From Mobula hypostoma (lineage: Eukaryota): 64,000 nt of DNA. Shown in pieces: positions 37,157 through 50,585 of the stretch. The DNA is taken from positions 127,660,001-127,724,000 of the forward strand of contig NC_086097.1 of assembly GCF_963921235.1 (NCBI RefSeq). The letters are read 5' to 3'. The position numbers and the translations under genes were made by a program. The first letter of the stretch is position 1. The number at the start of each line of letters is the position of its first letter. The notes beneath the pieces are model-generated. The model searched no databases and was not told where the DNA came from. It saw only the letters and a list, made by a program, of their open reading frames with translations.

Positions 37157-39733
37157 CTTCCTCCCCCTTTAGATTAATGCAACATAAAACTGTATATGTA
37201 CCAAACATTAAATTTCACTTTCATAAACCCATATTCCAAATGAACACACTTTCACGATAACAGTCTATAACTAACATCACAGTTCTAAAGATTCAGTCTT
37301 TTGGGTGATGTTCTGTTTCTTTCAGGATAGTGCCTCTGGACCTGTGGAGTGGCATCAGGTTTGGCAGGGGTTTTGTCTAAGGCAATGTTCTCATCGTACC
37401 TCTGGACCTGTGGAGTGGCATCAGATTTGGTTGGTGTCTTGTCTAAGACAACATTCTTGGTTCCTGGTGTCAGATTGCTGTCAGTGACATCATCACAGAG
37501 AGGTAACTTCGGTGACTGTAATGTGTCCTTCTTGTTGGAAGCAGTCGACTCAGCTGTGTTCTTCGGTTGAACATCCGGTATCTGGTCCACGTGACATCTC
37601 CATGTTTGATCTCCGACACCCATCTTTGGTCCAGTTCTTGTAGCTATCCTACCGAGTGTCCACTTGCCCTATCAGTAATCACGCGCTAGGACCTCCTGTC
37701 CAATCTCAAAGTTCCTTGCTGCTTCATTTGTCAACTGGCTGAATGGTTTATTGTGCACTTCCTTCCGGGGGTGTGGTTTCAGGAGGATTATGCGAGTTCT
37801 CAGGTTCCTGTTCATGGACAGCATTACAGGTGTTTGATTTGCTGCCGCATGAACAGAGTTCTGATACACAAAAAGGAAGTTGTCCACCTTGTGTTGTAGA
37901 GGAATGACCACCTTGTCCATCACTTTAGTAGACTTCTTGCAGGTGTGAATAAATCTTTCAACTAATCCATTCGTTGCTGGGTGGTGAGGAGCTGACTTGA
38001 AATATCTGATGCCATTTCTCTTCATGAACAGTCAAAATTCTTCTGACGTATATTACGGCCCGTTATCACTCACAATTTGTTCTGGCAAGCTGTTTCTGGT
38101 GAAAATAGTCCTCGGAGAACAGACAGTCTTCGCTGAGGTGGTTGACCTCATTGCTATAACTTCTGGCTACTTTGAACGAGCATCCACAGCAATCAGAAAC
38201 TTGGAGTCCATGAGTGGCCCAGCAAAGTCAGTATGTACACGTTGCCATGGTGAAAATGGCCACTGCCATGGGTGTAACGCTGCCTGAGGGGGTGCATTTT
38301 GACCATTTTGGCATCCGAACAGCTTTTGGTCAAGTCTTTGATCTGTTTATCTTTTCCCTTCTCCAACACCTTCTGGTTAGCATTAAGCAGTTCTGCCAGT
38401 CTCTGGTTAGTTCTACCGTTTGGGGTGCATTGCCTGCTGATGTCACACTGAGAGCTTTGATTGAGTGCCAGGCTATTTGGATTTTTCTCAACCATTCATG
38501 TCTGAGAGGTGCTGGCCCTTTACTTTTCAGTACATAAAGCTCTGACTGTTGTGTTTGACCTCCATATGTCACCGTTGCTTTGAGTTTGCTTTTGGGAGAC
38601 ACTTTTTCACCAGTGTAGGCATTTTTCATCACTGAGGTCTTTTCAAATGGAAACTTAGAAAACAGTCTGTTGCCATCAGCCTCTGGAATTATGGACAAAG
38701 TTATATCTGCTCCATTTTCAGTTTTACACTGGATACATCTATTGTGACCAAGATGATTTTGTGATCTGCTTCAGTTAAACTATGCAGTTCTAGGCATGAC
38801 AGTTTACCTTTGTCAGACTCTGTGTTATCTGATTCTGTTTTACATTTGGTAACCTTAAGCATTTACCTAGTTTTGTCTTTGAGACTTTTCACTTGGTTAT
38901 ACTTTTTGTCTGCCTTGCACACTCTCTCGATATAACCTTGTCTGTGACATTTTCTGCAGACTTATTCTTTGAACCAACCGTCAAACCAATGTGGCATCAT
39001 GGGAGGATTTGCCACATCGATAACGTCTTTGGCTTTTTGCACCATTCAGGGACATTTTGTGCATTTCATATTCTAAGCTTCTTTCCTGTAGATCTGCTGC
39101 ATCCTTTGTTGCAGTCTCTAACAATATTGCAGTGGTCAATGCCCGTTCTAAGGTTAGGTCTCTTTCTGCCAGTAGCCTTGCTTGAGTGCTTTGATTATGC
39201 ATGCCACATTCAAGTCTATCCCTTAATGCATCAGAAAATCCATTTCTAAAGGCACAGTACTGGGAAAGTTTGCACAGTTCTACAATGCATTCAGAAATAC
39301 TTTCATCTTTTGACTGGTTCCTTTTGTAAAGTCTAAATCTCTCATCTATTACCTGTGGTTTTGGGCTCAGGTGATTTTGTAAAATTTCAGCAATTTCATT
39401 GAAGTTCTTGTTTGCTGGCTTCTCAGGAGTTACCAAGTTGCGTAAGAGACTGTAGGTTCTTGGGCCCATTAAGCTAAGAAGCGTAGGGGTGTTCTTTTGC
39501 TCCTCCACATTGTTCGTGTCACAATACAATTCCACCCTCTCGATATACGACTCTCAGCCTTCATTTGTGCTATCAAATTCATCAGCTTTCCTGACTGAAG
39601 CATCACCATGTTAAATTTGCCCATCCTTCACTATTACTCACGAGTCCTTCGGCTTTCTCATGTTGTTTTGTCCCGTAACGGTCAGTGCAGTTCATGATAT
39701 CTCTGACATTCAGGTTTGTACTCATCGCCAATT

Positions 39734-39916
39734 TGTTGTGTCCGTGCACAACCACGAATATATTAAATAAAGGCACGCATGCGGGAGATGGCTTCAACTG
39801 GTGTATTCACATGCAGAGGGAGAGAGAGAGAACAATACGTGTGCGCAGATAACTGATCAATACGTAGTGCTAAGGGAAGGATCAATGCTCTAAAAGAAAT
39901 AGATCCATACATTACA
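39734..39916 (-). repeat. 5' LTR (183 bp)
   Basis: TG...CA termini; followed on the minus strand by the PBS. Confidence 0.92.
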
Positions 39917-40656
39917 CTATCCATGTCAGGATGTCAGGTAAGGGATATGTACAGAGGTTGGTAAATGGAGCTGATTTATAGATCTGCCTTAGTCTTAATA
40001 AAAGGAGAATGAGGGGTTAAATAATCAGCTCCTGTTCCTGTGTTTGAAAGGGAACATTTCCAATATAAGGGTTGGATATGTAGACGGAAGGCTATGGGCA
40101 AATCAACAGACATCTAGGTACAGAGAAGCTAGATAGATCGATATTACAAACATACTTATAAATAATTGTAAAGATAGATACTGATAAAGACAGGGAGACA
40201 GATAGAGGAAGAGAGAATGGCAAATTTAGATGGTTATAGTCAGCAAACTTTAATTGCCAAGTAAGAATATTCCTGTAAACGTGAAATAGCTCTTTAATTC
40301 TTGGGCCCGGAATTTACATACTGATACAGTTCAGTACTTTATGAAATTCATAGCATAATTACATTTCTTGTGAAAGTCAGTGGAATCGTGGTGTATTTCC
40401 TTTGGTGGTCAGTTGGTTTTTATTATGCCAGAACTGGCATTGAATGATCATCCATTCAGCCCAATTGCTGCTACAGAGCCTGAAACCAAAAGCTTTTTGT
40501 TCTGTGATTGTTAGCAGAAGGATCTTGATTGGCCGAATTTCCAGAAGTATCCTGGTATTGTTTGGAAACTTCACCTTGCTGTTAAAAGGCTTCTGAATGG
40601 ATCTCTTGTACAATAAGGCTGAACTCTTGATCTCTTGATCTATCTTAAATGGCCAT

Positions 40657-41350
40657 TGCACTGTATCTGTCTGTATGCACTGTATCTGTCTACCTGCACT
40701 GTATCTGTCTGCCTGCACTGTAACTGTCTGCATGCACTGTATCCATCTGAATGCACTGCATCTGTCTACCTGCACTGTATCTGTCTGCTTGCACTGTAAC
40801 TGTCTGCATGCACTGTATATGTCTGTCTGCACTGTATCTGCCTACTAGCACTGTATCTGTCTGCCTGCACTGTAACTGTCTGCATGCACTGTGTTGGTCT
40901 ACCTGCACTGTATCTGTCTGTCTGCACTGTATCTGTCTGCCTGCACTGTATCTGTCTACCTACACCGTATCTGTCTACCAGCACTGTATCTGTCTACCTG
41001 CACTGTATCTGTCTACCAGCACTGTATCTGTCTACCTGCACCGTATCTGTCTACCGGCACTGTATCTGTCTACCTGCATGGTATCTGTCTGCCTACACTG
41101 TATCTGTCTGCCTGCACTGCATCTGTCTGTCTCCACTGTATCTGTCTGCCTGCTCCGTATCTGTCCACCTGCCCTGTATCTCTCTGCCCACATTGTATCT
41201 GTCTACCTGCACTGTATCTGTCTGCCTGCACTGTATCTGTCTACCTGCACTGTATCTGTCTTTCTGCACTGTATCCACCTGCCTGCACTGTATCTGTCTA
41301 CCTGCACTGTATCTGTCTGCCTGCGCTGTATCTGTCTACCTGCACTGCAC
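40657..41350. repeat. 19-bp minisatellite, about 36 copies
   Basis: Unit ctgcactgtatctgtct(a/g)c; the register shifts 1 nt per 20 nt. Confidence 0.96.
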
Positions 41351-41514
41351 TTTCTCTGTAACGGTAACGCTATATTCTGCATCCCGTTATTTGTTTTTGT
41401 TTTGTACAATAATCTGTTGGGATAGCATGCAAAACAAAGCTTTTCACTGTGCAGAAAGAGTTAAGGATCAAAGGTTAGCTCTATCTGTCACATATATATC
41501 GAAACATGAAAGCA

Positions 41515-41748
41515 CACAGTGAAATGCAGCATTCAGTGAGGACTGGGCTGGGGGCAGACGGCAAGTGCCATCATGCTTACTCACCCTGTCTCTGGAATGT
41601 GGGAGGACACCAGAGCACCTGGAGGAAACCCTCATGCTCAAGGGCAGAACGGACAAACTCCTTCCAGACAGTGACGGGAGTTGAACCCAGAACGGTGATT
41701 GGTGGCAGTGTAAAGCATAGTGCCTGCCACTACACTACCATGCCACGG
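41515..41748 (-). mobile_element. V-SINE (HE1-like)
   Basis: Reverse strand: tggtagtgtagtgg..gggttcaactccc..gggtttcctccaggtgctctggtgtcctcccaca. Confidence 0.75.
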
Positions 41749-42132
41749 TAATAAACCAATTACCAGTTATTCTGTGATCTCATCCCAAGTTTGAGTGACT
41801 CACCTCATATTTCAAATACACTGTCATTGGAGAAAAGGTTGGAGCCAGCCTGTGCACATTGAGCTCCCTTAAACAACACTGTGACAGGGCACGGATAACC
41901 TGCTCTCAGTGTACTTGCTGCAAAGTCCTTCAAAAGTTAGATTCACTGGTCTAACTTCAGTGAGCTTTCAGCTTTGCCTTCCCTGTTGTACTCTATCAAA
42001 CCTACTAAAGTCTGATGATCCCATAGTATGCTGATAATATCATGGAGGAAAATATGAAATAGCATAACAAGTTGATTGTTATCATGCATTTCTTTAACAT
42101 TTGCTACTGTAAGCTAAAGGAAGCTACCATAA

Positions 42133-42410
42133 GGCGCCAGGGTTGTGTAGCAGTTGGTGCGACACTATTCCAGCCTGGGGCGTTGGAGTTCAGAGTTTAA
42201 TTCTGGCATCCTTGTAAGGATTTTGTACGTCCTTCCCGTAGAAAGTGTGGCTTTTCTCTGGGTACTCCACGTTCCTCCCACAGTCCAAAGACGTACAGGT
42301 GAGTGAGTTAATTGGTCATTGTAAATTGTCCCGTAATTAGGCTGGGGTTAAACAGGGAGTTGTTGAGCAGTGTATTTCGCGCTGTATCTCTAAATAAAAG
42401 AAATAAAAAA
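42133..42410 (+). mobile_element. V-SINE (HE1-like)
   Basis: gtgtagcagttgg..gagtttaattc..gggtactccacgttcctcccacagtccaaagac..gttaattggtcattgtaaattgtccc; A-rich tail. Confidence 0.8.
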
Positions 42411-43434
42411 AATACATGCTTTTATAACTTATGGGCTCCCATTCTGAGGTGCTGGGCAAAATCACTCAAACTGTGCTTGCTCTAGTCTTGTATTGAGTCT
42501 GTGGACTAAATCATCGTACTGAGAATCTGTCATCTTCTACCAGAATGAGCTCGTCTAAAGGGATAATATTTCAATAACATACTGGCCTGATCATAAAATA
42601 ACTCAATGGAAATGTGTTACAGCCTGAGGCAACACAGCCAGATAGTCAGCAGGCTGATCATTTCAATGATTTCAGCTCTTTTTCTCATGGATGCTTTTCA
42701 CTTAGATTTCCCCTCAAGTCCTGCTTGAATTTTTTTTTTAGCCAAGTAAACTGCAGAACCCAAACACAAATAAAAACTAATCATGGTGTATTAGTGTAAA
42801 ATTGGAAGAAGGTGTCAGCAGTAACATATCACGGGATGACGAGACAGCCACAATCAATTGACCTTTGCAAGCTCATCTCCCCCATCCACACTGGCTGCCG
42901 AGCATCCTGGTTGCTAAGAAACGGGAGGTCATGTGCTTTCTGGTCCAGAACTCGCAGCACAGTCAGAAGAGATTTGATCTTCTGAAAGAGAACAGATGCT
43001 CCAAGTGAATAACATGTTGCAAAATCTCATTCCTTCAGACAAACCTTGGACTATGGGCTCCTGATGAATAGGAGCAGGGCAGCTTGACAGAAAGGGCTCA
43101 AAACATATGAGGTTCATGAGGTTTAATGGTATAAAGACTAGCATCATCAGCTGTGTCATAAACCACCAGCAGTACAAGTCATATTTTTATATTGTCCTTT
43201 ATATTGAACTTTGACACGGAAACTTGCAAGACACTAAAAGCTTGATGGAGGGAATGTACCTAGAAATTGAATGTAGTCCCCCGCAAAAAGTTTGTGAAAT
43301 TAATTTAAAGTACATTAAAAACAATGGTATGGTGTTTTGTGCCTGGGTGCTGTTGGGAGCTGTATGTTAGCTTGCTGTTGCTTGTCCCTGCTGCACTGAT
43401 TACTGGGAGGTGAGTCAGAGTTTAAAAGACTCTT

Positions 43435-43546
43435 CCCTTGGCCCGAAACATTGACTGTACCTCTTCCTAGAGATGCTGCCTGGCCTGCTGCGTTCACCAG
43501 CAACTTTGATGTGTGTTGCTTGAATCTCCAGCATCTGCAGAATTCC
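43435..43546 (+). repeat. Half copy of the Penelope-like palindromic family
   Basis: ggcccgaaacattgactg..gatgctgcctggcctgctgcgttcaccagca..ccagcatctgcag. Confidence 0.65.
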
Positions 43547-45640
43547 ACGTGTCTACATAAAGTGGTGGTCATGGTGGTGAGGGAAAGTGCAGGGTGAGAA
43601 GATATGGACATCTTTTGAGATCCCACCCTATGAGTGATTCCCCTCCTGTGAGAGGTGTGAAATGATCAAGGGAACAAAGATTACAGCATGTGGCTCTGGT
43701 GGGTGTTGCATAAAATTGGAAATTTCCATGCTTATCTGATGACTGTGATGCTTCTGCAAGTAAGTTTTTCATTGTGACTGTGTATACGTGTACTTATACA
43801 TCTAACTTGATTTTGACTTCGATCATCAACATTAAACTCTGGCAAATGTGGCATGCAAGTACTTGACGATACAGCACTGTTTCCATTGTTGTCAGCTACG
43901 CACCAAACTCATTTTGATGAACTCATAGATTCCCTTTTCGATGAATGCCATTGGTTGTTAAAAAGCTCCAATTATCACTGTCAATGGAGGAGGTATGCAA
44001 CTTGGCAACATCAACTGAACTGTGGTGGTTCATATGTGTAAATGCCTTTGAACACTGGCAATGTGAGATGGTCATTGAACACAGATTTGGTGGTATTTAT
44101 GACTCTATAAACTCTCTGACTTACTGAAAATTCAACAGCAGAAGGCCAATGATTCCAAGTTCAAGATGCCCACCATCATGCAAGATAAAAAAAAAAGCAG
44201 TTGGCAGGATTTTGAAAATTTTTGTTGCTACTTTCATTCTCACATTAAAAACAAGGATTTGCGTGGGAAGAACATGCCAGCTTAGTTGCAGGCTTTCTTC
44301 ACTTTCAGTATTTAGTCATCTTTATCAGTAAGTCAAGTGATTTAAAGTACATCCTCCTCTTTTGTCTGACTTTCACACATGAATACACAAGTGTACTTGC
44401 ACATCTCTATGAACATGCACACATCCTTGAACATATATATATACATGTACGTTTGTTTTAAGGAAGTATACGTGAACGTAAATTAAGGTCTACTTTCTGT
44501 ATTGGTGTATTTAGTTACACCCAAAATCTATGTCCAGCCAGAGACAGAAGATTCAAGATCATTTAAGGTAATTTCCTGTACTCAAGTGTAAAAGAGAATG
44601 AAATAATCGTCACTCTGGATCCAATGCAACACAAAAAGACATGAAAGAAAAATAAAACAATAATAAAAATAAATATAAATACTTAAAGTAACTTATATTC
44701 ATAGAATGATTGTATGTCCATAAGTGACATTAGGCACAGGAGTGTCTGAACATATGGGAACTGACAGGAAATAATAAAGTGGTGGTGGCTGAGGCATAGA
44801 GGGATGGATATAAAGGTCTTCCAGTCAATGAAATCCAATAATGAATGATACTTTGCAGAATGTTAAATATTTTAATAATGCATGGTATTGGCATTTCCTT
44901 GCCAGTTTTCAAGACCACTCTTTGACAGGGCAGCTCTTTGACTGGGAAGGGCTTTTCGTGACTGGCCACCTGGTCTGTTCACTCACTCTGGTTCAGTTGG
45001 GATTGGAGGACAGCAGGGAATTTGACCGAGTTTTCCGCAGACCAGACAGAGAGCTGCACTCCATCACTGCAACCCTTCCAGCTCAGAATGCATTTCGTTC
45101 TTATGTTTGCAATTTTACATGTGTGAATTCTAGAACAGACAGAGTCTGCTGAATTCTCAGGTTATAAAGAACTTACAGAAAGTGAATGGGCATGCTGAGC
45201 CATGTCCACTTGTGTAGATAAAGCCTCCAAGAGAAGATTGATTTCTAAAATCAACATAATGATTAAGTGACTTTTTTTTACCCCAGGACTCTTCACTACA
45301 GTGTTTACATGCATCCCTGTGCAAGGGCTGGACTTGTAGCAACGCACAAATCAGGTCTAATTTATCAGGCACAAAGATGACAGGTTATCATCTAATCCCC
45401 GGAGAGCAATATTCATCAAAAAGAAATCTTAAGTAATTACAACAATTAATTGACTTGAAACAGTATTAGGTTGAGAGGGTTTACATAATTCATTCTGCAG
45501 ACAGAAAAATGAGGTGACTGTGTCACAGCACCTTATTGTGGGAAAAACAGACTTAATATGCTGATGTTGTACATAACTATGTTGCCTTTGTTAGATTTGA
45601 ATTTGGTGTCTATTGCCTAAAATAATATATTTTAATAAAT

Positions 45641-45679
<39 letters not shown>

Positions 45680-45838
45680 AATACCACACAAACTCAATCC
45701 ACATATGCATTCTTATACAGTATATTCTTATATGACCACACACAAACATATTCCCGAGTACACACACAAACACAAGCACATACAGATACACATACAAACA
45801 CACAGACAGACAGACAGACAGACACACACACACACACG

Positions 45839-45878
<40 letters not shown>

Positions 45879-45880
45879 AT
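45641..45880. repeat. (CA)n/(CAGA)n compound microsatellite
   Basis: Directly visible. Confidence 0.93.
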
Positions 45881-48584
45881 ACAGAGGAGACTTCAGGATG
45901 TGTCAGCAAAATATTGTGGAAAATTTCAGCTATCACATTAGGAAAGCTAGTATTGTTTCCCTTAAAACAATGGAGACTTGTGCAAGTAAAATGAGGGATA
46001 GAATTATATGGGGCTAGAATGAGTAAAGGAAAACCTGCATTTCACCCAGAACAGTTGGTGATGTGGAACTGAAGTTTGGAGGTGGTAGACACCCCACAGC
46101 ACTTCAAAGACCCTTTAGAATGTACATGAAGAGCTGTGATCTGCAGGGCTATAAATCTAGTGAAGGAAGGAAGAACTAGGTTAGTCAACTCTTTGCTAAA
46201 CAGCATAAAGATAATGGGCCAAATGGCCAGCTTTCTAAATTTTGGCTGAAAATCTTGCAGGCAAAATTCGCAAATTCCTTTATAATTTTTTTGTGATTCA
46301 GATGCACATGCATATACAAAAATACACACAGGTACGCAGGCATATATACAAACACACAAGCATGCAGATACAGATATACACACATTGACCTTCAAGCATA
46401 AACACAAACATATACATGCTAGTACAAACACACCTATCCCAATATTCACATCTGCACGCATCCTGAAAGATATACCCTGTCTCTCTAAAACATAGAAATT
46501 TCAAAAAATCAATGAGGAATAGGAAATTGAAGTCAAAAGAAACCTGTGTGCTCCTTTCCTAATAAAACTTACTGAATAAATCAAACAAAACAATTGCCAA
46601 TATGTTGGATTTTCTTGAATCCGATGTAGAAATGTTGTCACAGCCCTCACAGAGCTCTTGTAACTTTATACAAATTTACCCTGTTGGCATCGCTTGCTGT
46701 TAATATTAAAGAGCAACCAGACACAATTGTTCTTTCAATCATAAAACAGCAATAAAGAGATTCTGTGCAAAATAATGGGTTAGTTAATTTCTTCTGCATT
46801 GGAAAAGAGCTGCTGGAGCAGAAATCGCTGTTCTTAAGTCATTTCACAGTCTAGTAGAACATTTTCTGCAGTGTTAGATAAAGACCAAGGCAGATTAATC
46901 CACAACATTTTGATCCAATAAACAGACAAAACAGTGGCCCTTGTTCGCTTTGCCATTTTGCTACTTGTCATTTGATTAAAGATGAGGAATACCAGCCCAT
47001 GTCGATAATAATTTTAGTGCATTTTTGTATTATATTCCTGAGCCAATCTGTTGGCATATTTCAGAAGTAAATCCCTGCAATCTCCCTGCTTCCACTGTCT
47101 TCACTTTCATTTTTTATTCCGGGAAGAAGAGTGTGTCTTCATCTACATTTCCCAATAATGTTTTAGTGTGTTTGCTAATGTATCTTTCATTAACCATCAG
47201 CTACTATAAAAAACACAATCTGTCTCACAAAGTGGACATTATTATCGTATTAAATCATTTCACAATATACCTGTATGACTCCACATGATGGTTTGGCCTG
47301 AACGAGCTAAAATGCCCTGGAGCAAACTCCTGGTGCAGTAATGAGATATGAGTTCTGCTTGTGATGAATATGATATTACTCGTGTCAGTGACTCTGGCCT
47401 GCACAGGAATATTTCTTCCTACAGGTTCTGAAAGGAACTCAGGCAAAGCACTATTAACCCAGTAAATGAAGCTCTAAAGATCACAGAGTGTGTCCATTAG
47501 AAGACAAGAATGTGACTAATCCAATTTTTCTTGGGTATAGTTGATGGTTCTGCAACATCTGGGGAAGGCTGTCTCTGCATTTCAGATGCAGCAGTGTTAT
47601 TCTTACCAAAGACAGCAATTATTGCTCCATTTATTTCATTCCTGACCTCCACAGCGATGATTAAAATAATGTCTCTGGCAGCAGCTGAGGAAAGTGAAAC
47701 AATCCACTCATATTCTATTGTTCGAGGTCATTGAGTTGTTGCGGGAGTGGGCTGGAGTTCGGACAGACTCGTTCAAACCAGTGGTTTAGTTTCATGTGAC
47801 TGCCAAACCTTTCTTGGGCATCTTGAAGGAGGAATTGTTTTCAAGGTGCAATGTTTTAAGGGGTACACAGTCTCATTTTAAAATCTGTGTAATATTGTTT
47901 TTACAGTGAAGCACTGCCTGGTGAAGTCTTGGGTTATATGAAAATATTTTTTGACATTTATATGCCTTTTGAAGTACACCTAGTAGTATAGACATTTATC
48001 CATTATTAATACACCACTGTAATAAATGTGGTCCATTTATGAGATTTCAGAAGAGATTTTCCTATCCACAAATGCCTGGAAAATTGAAAGCTATTTTATG
48101 CTGAATGAAAAAAGGAGACAAAAGCACTCAATTAACTAAAATTAAATGAAAAGCATGTATGACTATTTCTTAAAGTCAAGAGGCTAATGTGCAGAGGTTA
48201 GGTAAATGTGAGCCTTTGAAGAAAAGTTGAAAATGGTTAGCTTTTTGAATAATGAATGGATTTTGTAATTGTGCTTGGCATCGCCAGACGTTTTATTACA
48301 TTTGTAAAGACAGCTCTGTAGATTCTGTGTGCAAGGAGAGATGCTAGCTAATGAAGGGTTACACAATTAAGGCATGAAGATAAAGTCATAAAACATCAAT
48401 ACCAATTATCAAAGGATTTGTGGGACATCCATAACCCTAGAAAATGCATCAAGTATGCACAGCATGATTGAACAGGAGCTGAACTGAGAATAGCAGAGTT
48501 GAAGCAATGGTTATCTAGGTCAGAGGGGACATTACGTAAAAGCATGGAAAAGAAGGTCATATTGTTTAGAATGGACCAACTGGC

Positions 48585-50585
48585 AGATGTTCAAGAAGGA
48601 TGCTACAAATGGAGTGCACAAAGACCTCGAGGAATATGCCTCATCTGTCATCGGCTACATCAGTAATTGTGTAGACGACGTTGGTACTCAAGAACGGCCC
48701 AACGAGAAGCCTGGGCTGAACATATGTGCATTCCCTACCAAAAGCCCAGGCTGATGCTTTCACGCCCACTGACAGAAAAATTCTCAGAACAGCCATGAGA
48801 AACCTCATCTTAGGCATCAAGAGGGCGAAGAACGCCTAAGCAGAAAAAGTTCAGGAACACCTGTCTGTTAACGATCCCCATATATGTCTGGGTCTCAAGG
48901 GCACAGCTGACTACAGAAGGAGAGACAGCATCAACAGTACCAGTGACACCTCCTCTTCGATGCTCTGAACAGTTTTTATGCATGCTTTAAGGCATGCAAC
49001 ACAACAATGGAAGCTAACCTTTCCCAGGTGAGCAGCCACTGTCTGTAACAGCAGCAGACGTGAGAAGGACTTCACAGAGTGGGCCCCTGTAAGACAGCCG
49101 GGCCAGACACTGTCTCAGGGAGTGTGCACACCAACTCGCTGACGTCTTCATGGACATCTTTGACTCTTCACTCATCCATGCTTCAAATCGGCCACCAACA
49201 TCCCTGTAACAAAGAGCTCTGCACCTTCAGAACTAAGTGACTACCACCCCATGGCACTGACGCTGATTATCATGAAGTGCTATGAATGGCTGATAATGGC
49301 ACGTATCAAAAACTCCATTCCTGACACATTGAAAACTCACCAATGTGCTTAATGACAGAACTGCTTTTGTCATGCACCTGGCCCTGTCACACCTGGAAAA
49401 CAAGGACAATTATGCCAGAATGCTGTTTCTGGATTTTGGTTTAGCATTCAACACTATATTGTCTCCCAGACCTTGGTGAGCAAACTCCTACTCCTTGGTC
49501 TAAATACACCCCTGTGCAACTGGGTTTTGGACTTCCTAACCAACATATGCACATAGTCAGGTTGCACAACTGCATCTTCCTCCCCACCATCCTCAACACA
49601 GCTGCCCCCAGGGCTGTGTGCTGAGCCCATTGCTGTAGACCCTGCTCACACATAACTGCCTACGTAAACACCCGAGTAATCACATTGTCAAACTTGGCTA
49701 TGATGTTGGTGGGACTCATCACCAACAACGATGAGATGGCCTACAGAGAGGAAATGGAAGAGCTTGAGTCCTGGTGCCAGCCAGATAAGCTCTTTCCTAA
49801 TATCAATAAGACAAAGGAGATCGTTATTGACTTCAGGAGATCTTGTACCACTCACACTCCACCTTTGGTGGCAGAGCAGTGGAAACTGTGAGCAGTTTCG
49901 AACTCCTAGGTGTGCACATCACACACAATCTCTCATGGTCCCAGAATACATCTTACACCATTAAGAAAGCTCATGGATGCCTCTGCTTTCCGAGGGGCTG
50001 GACTTTGCACATTCACACTCATGTCATTCAATAAATGTGCAGTAGAGAGCATCCTAACAAGTTGCATCACCGCTTGGTATGGAAACTGCACTGTGACGGA
50101 CAGGAAGGCTCTACAACAGGTAGTCAGGACTGCCCAATGTATCACCAGCACCAGCCTATCCACCATCAAGGACATATATACAGAAAGGTGCCATATAAAG
50201 GCCGGTAACATCATGAAGGATCCCACCCACCCTACTCATGGTCTGTTTCTCCCATTCCCATCAGGGAGGAGGCTATGTAGCATCCATGCTAGGACCGCCA
50301 GACTGAAAATCAATTACCTTCCCCAAGCAGTAAAGCTGATTCACACCTCCACCCACTAACTCTACCACTATTTTATTATTTCCTGTCAGTCACCTTATGT
50401 GAACCCTAGCATCGCTTTATAGACATCTATGTATATAAGCTCTCTTATGTATTTATATTCATAGTGTGGTTTATTATTATTATTATGTCTTTTATTTTTT
50501 TTTGTGTTGCACTGGATCCAGAGCAACAATTATTTTGTTCTCCTAACACAGGAAATGACATTAAACGATCTTGAACCTTGAACAT
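48585..50585 (+). mobile_element. Rex1/Babar-type LINE, 5'-truncated and decayed
   Basis: gcattcaacactat = AFNT; tgcaactgggttttggacttcct = CNWVLDFL; gccccccagggctgtgtgctgagccc = APQGCVLSP; INKTKEIVIDFRR; ESILTSCITAWYG..LPQAVKLI; (cttgaa)n tail. Confidence 0.9.

Larger units (their letters stand above)
36955..39916 (-). mobile_element. Gypsy (Mag-like) LTR retrotransposon with both LTRs, PBS, PPT and 5-bp TSD; RT and RNase H deleted
   Basis: TSD ctatc at 36950-36954 and 39917-39921. PBS tggcgatgag (39730-39721). PPT aaagggggaggaag (37170-37157). Gag 38981-39535 (LRDRL, YRCGKSSH), protease ~38330-38720, integrase APHHPATNGLVERF (37672-38025). Confidence 0.95.

Noticed and set aside
40751..41522. 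Long Cys-rich ORFs (224, 212 and 156 aa)
   Set aside because: Translations of the 19-bp minisatellite, open in all frames; not evidence of a gene.
45591..46504. Val/Cys- or His/Thr-rich ORFs
   Set aside because: Products of CA/TG microsatellite and low-complexity sequence.
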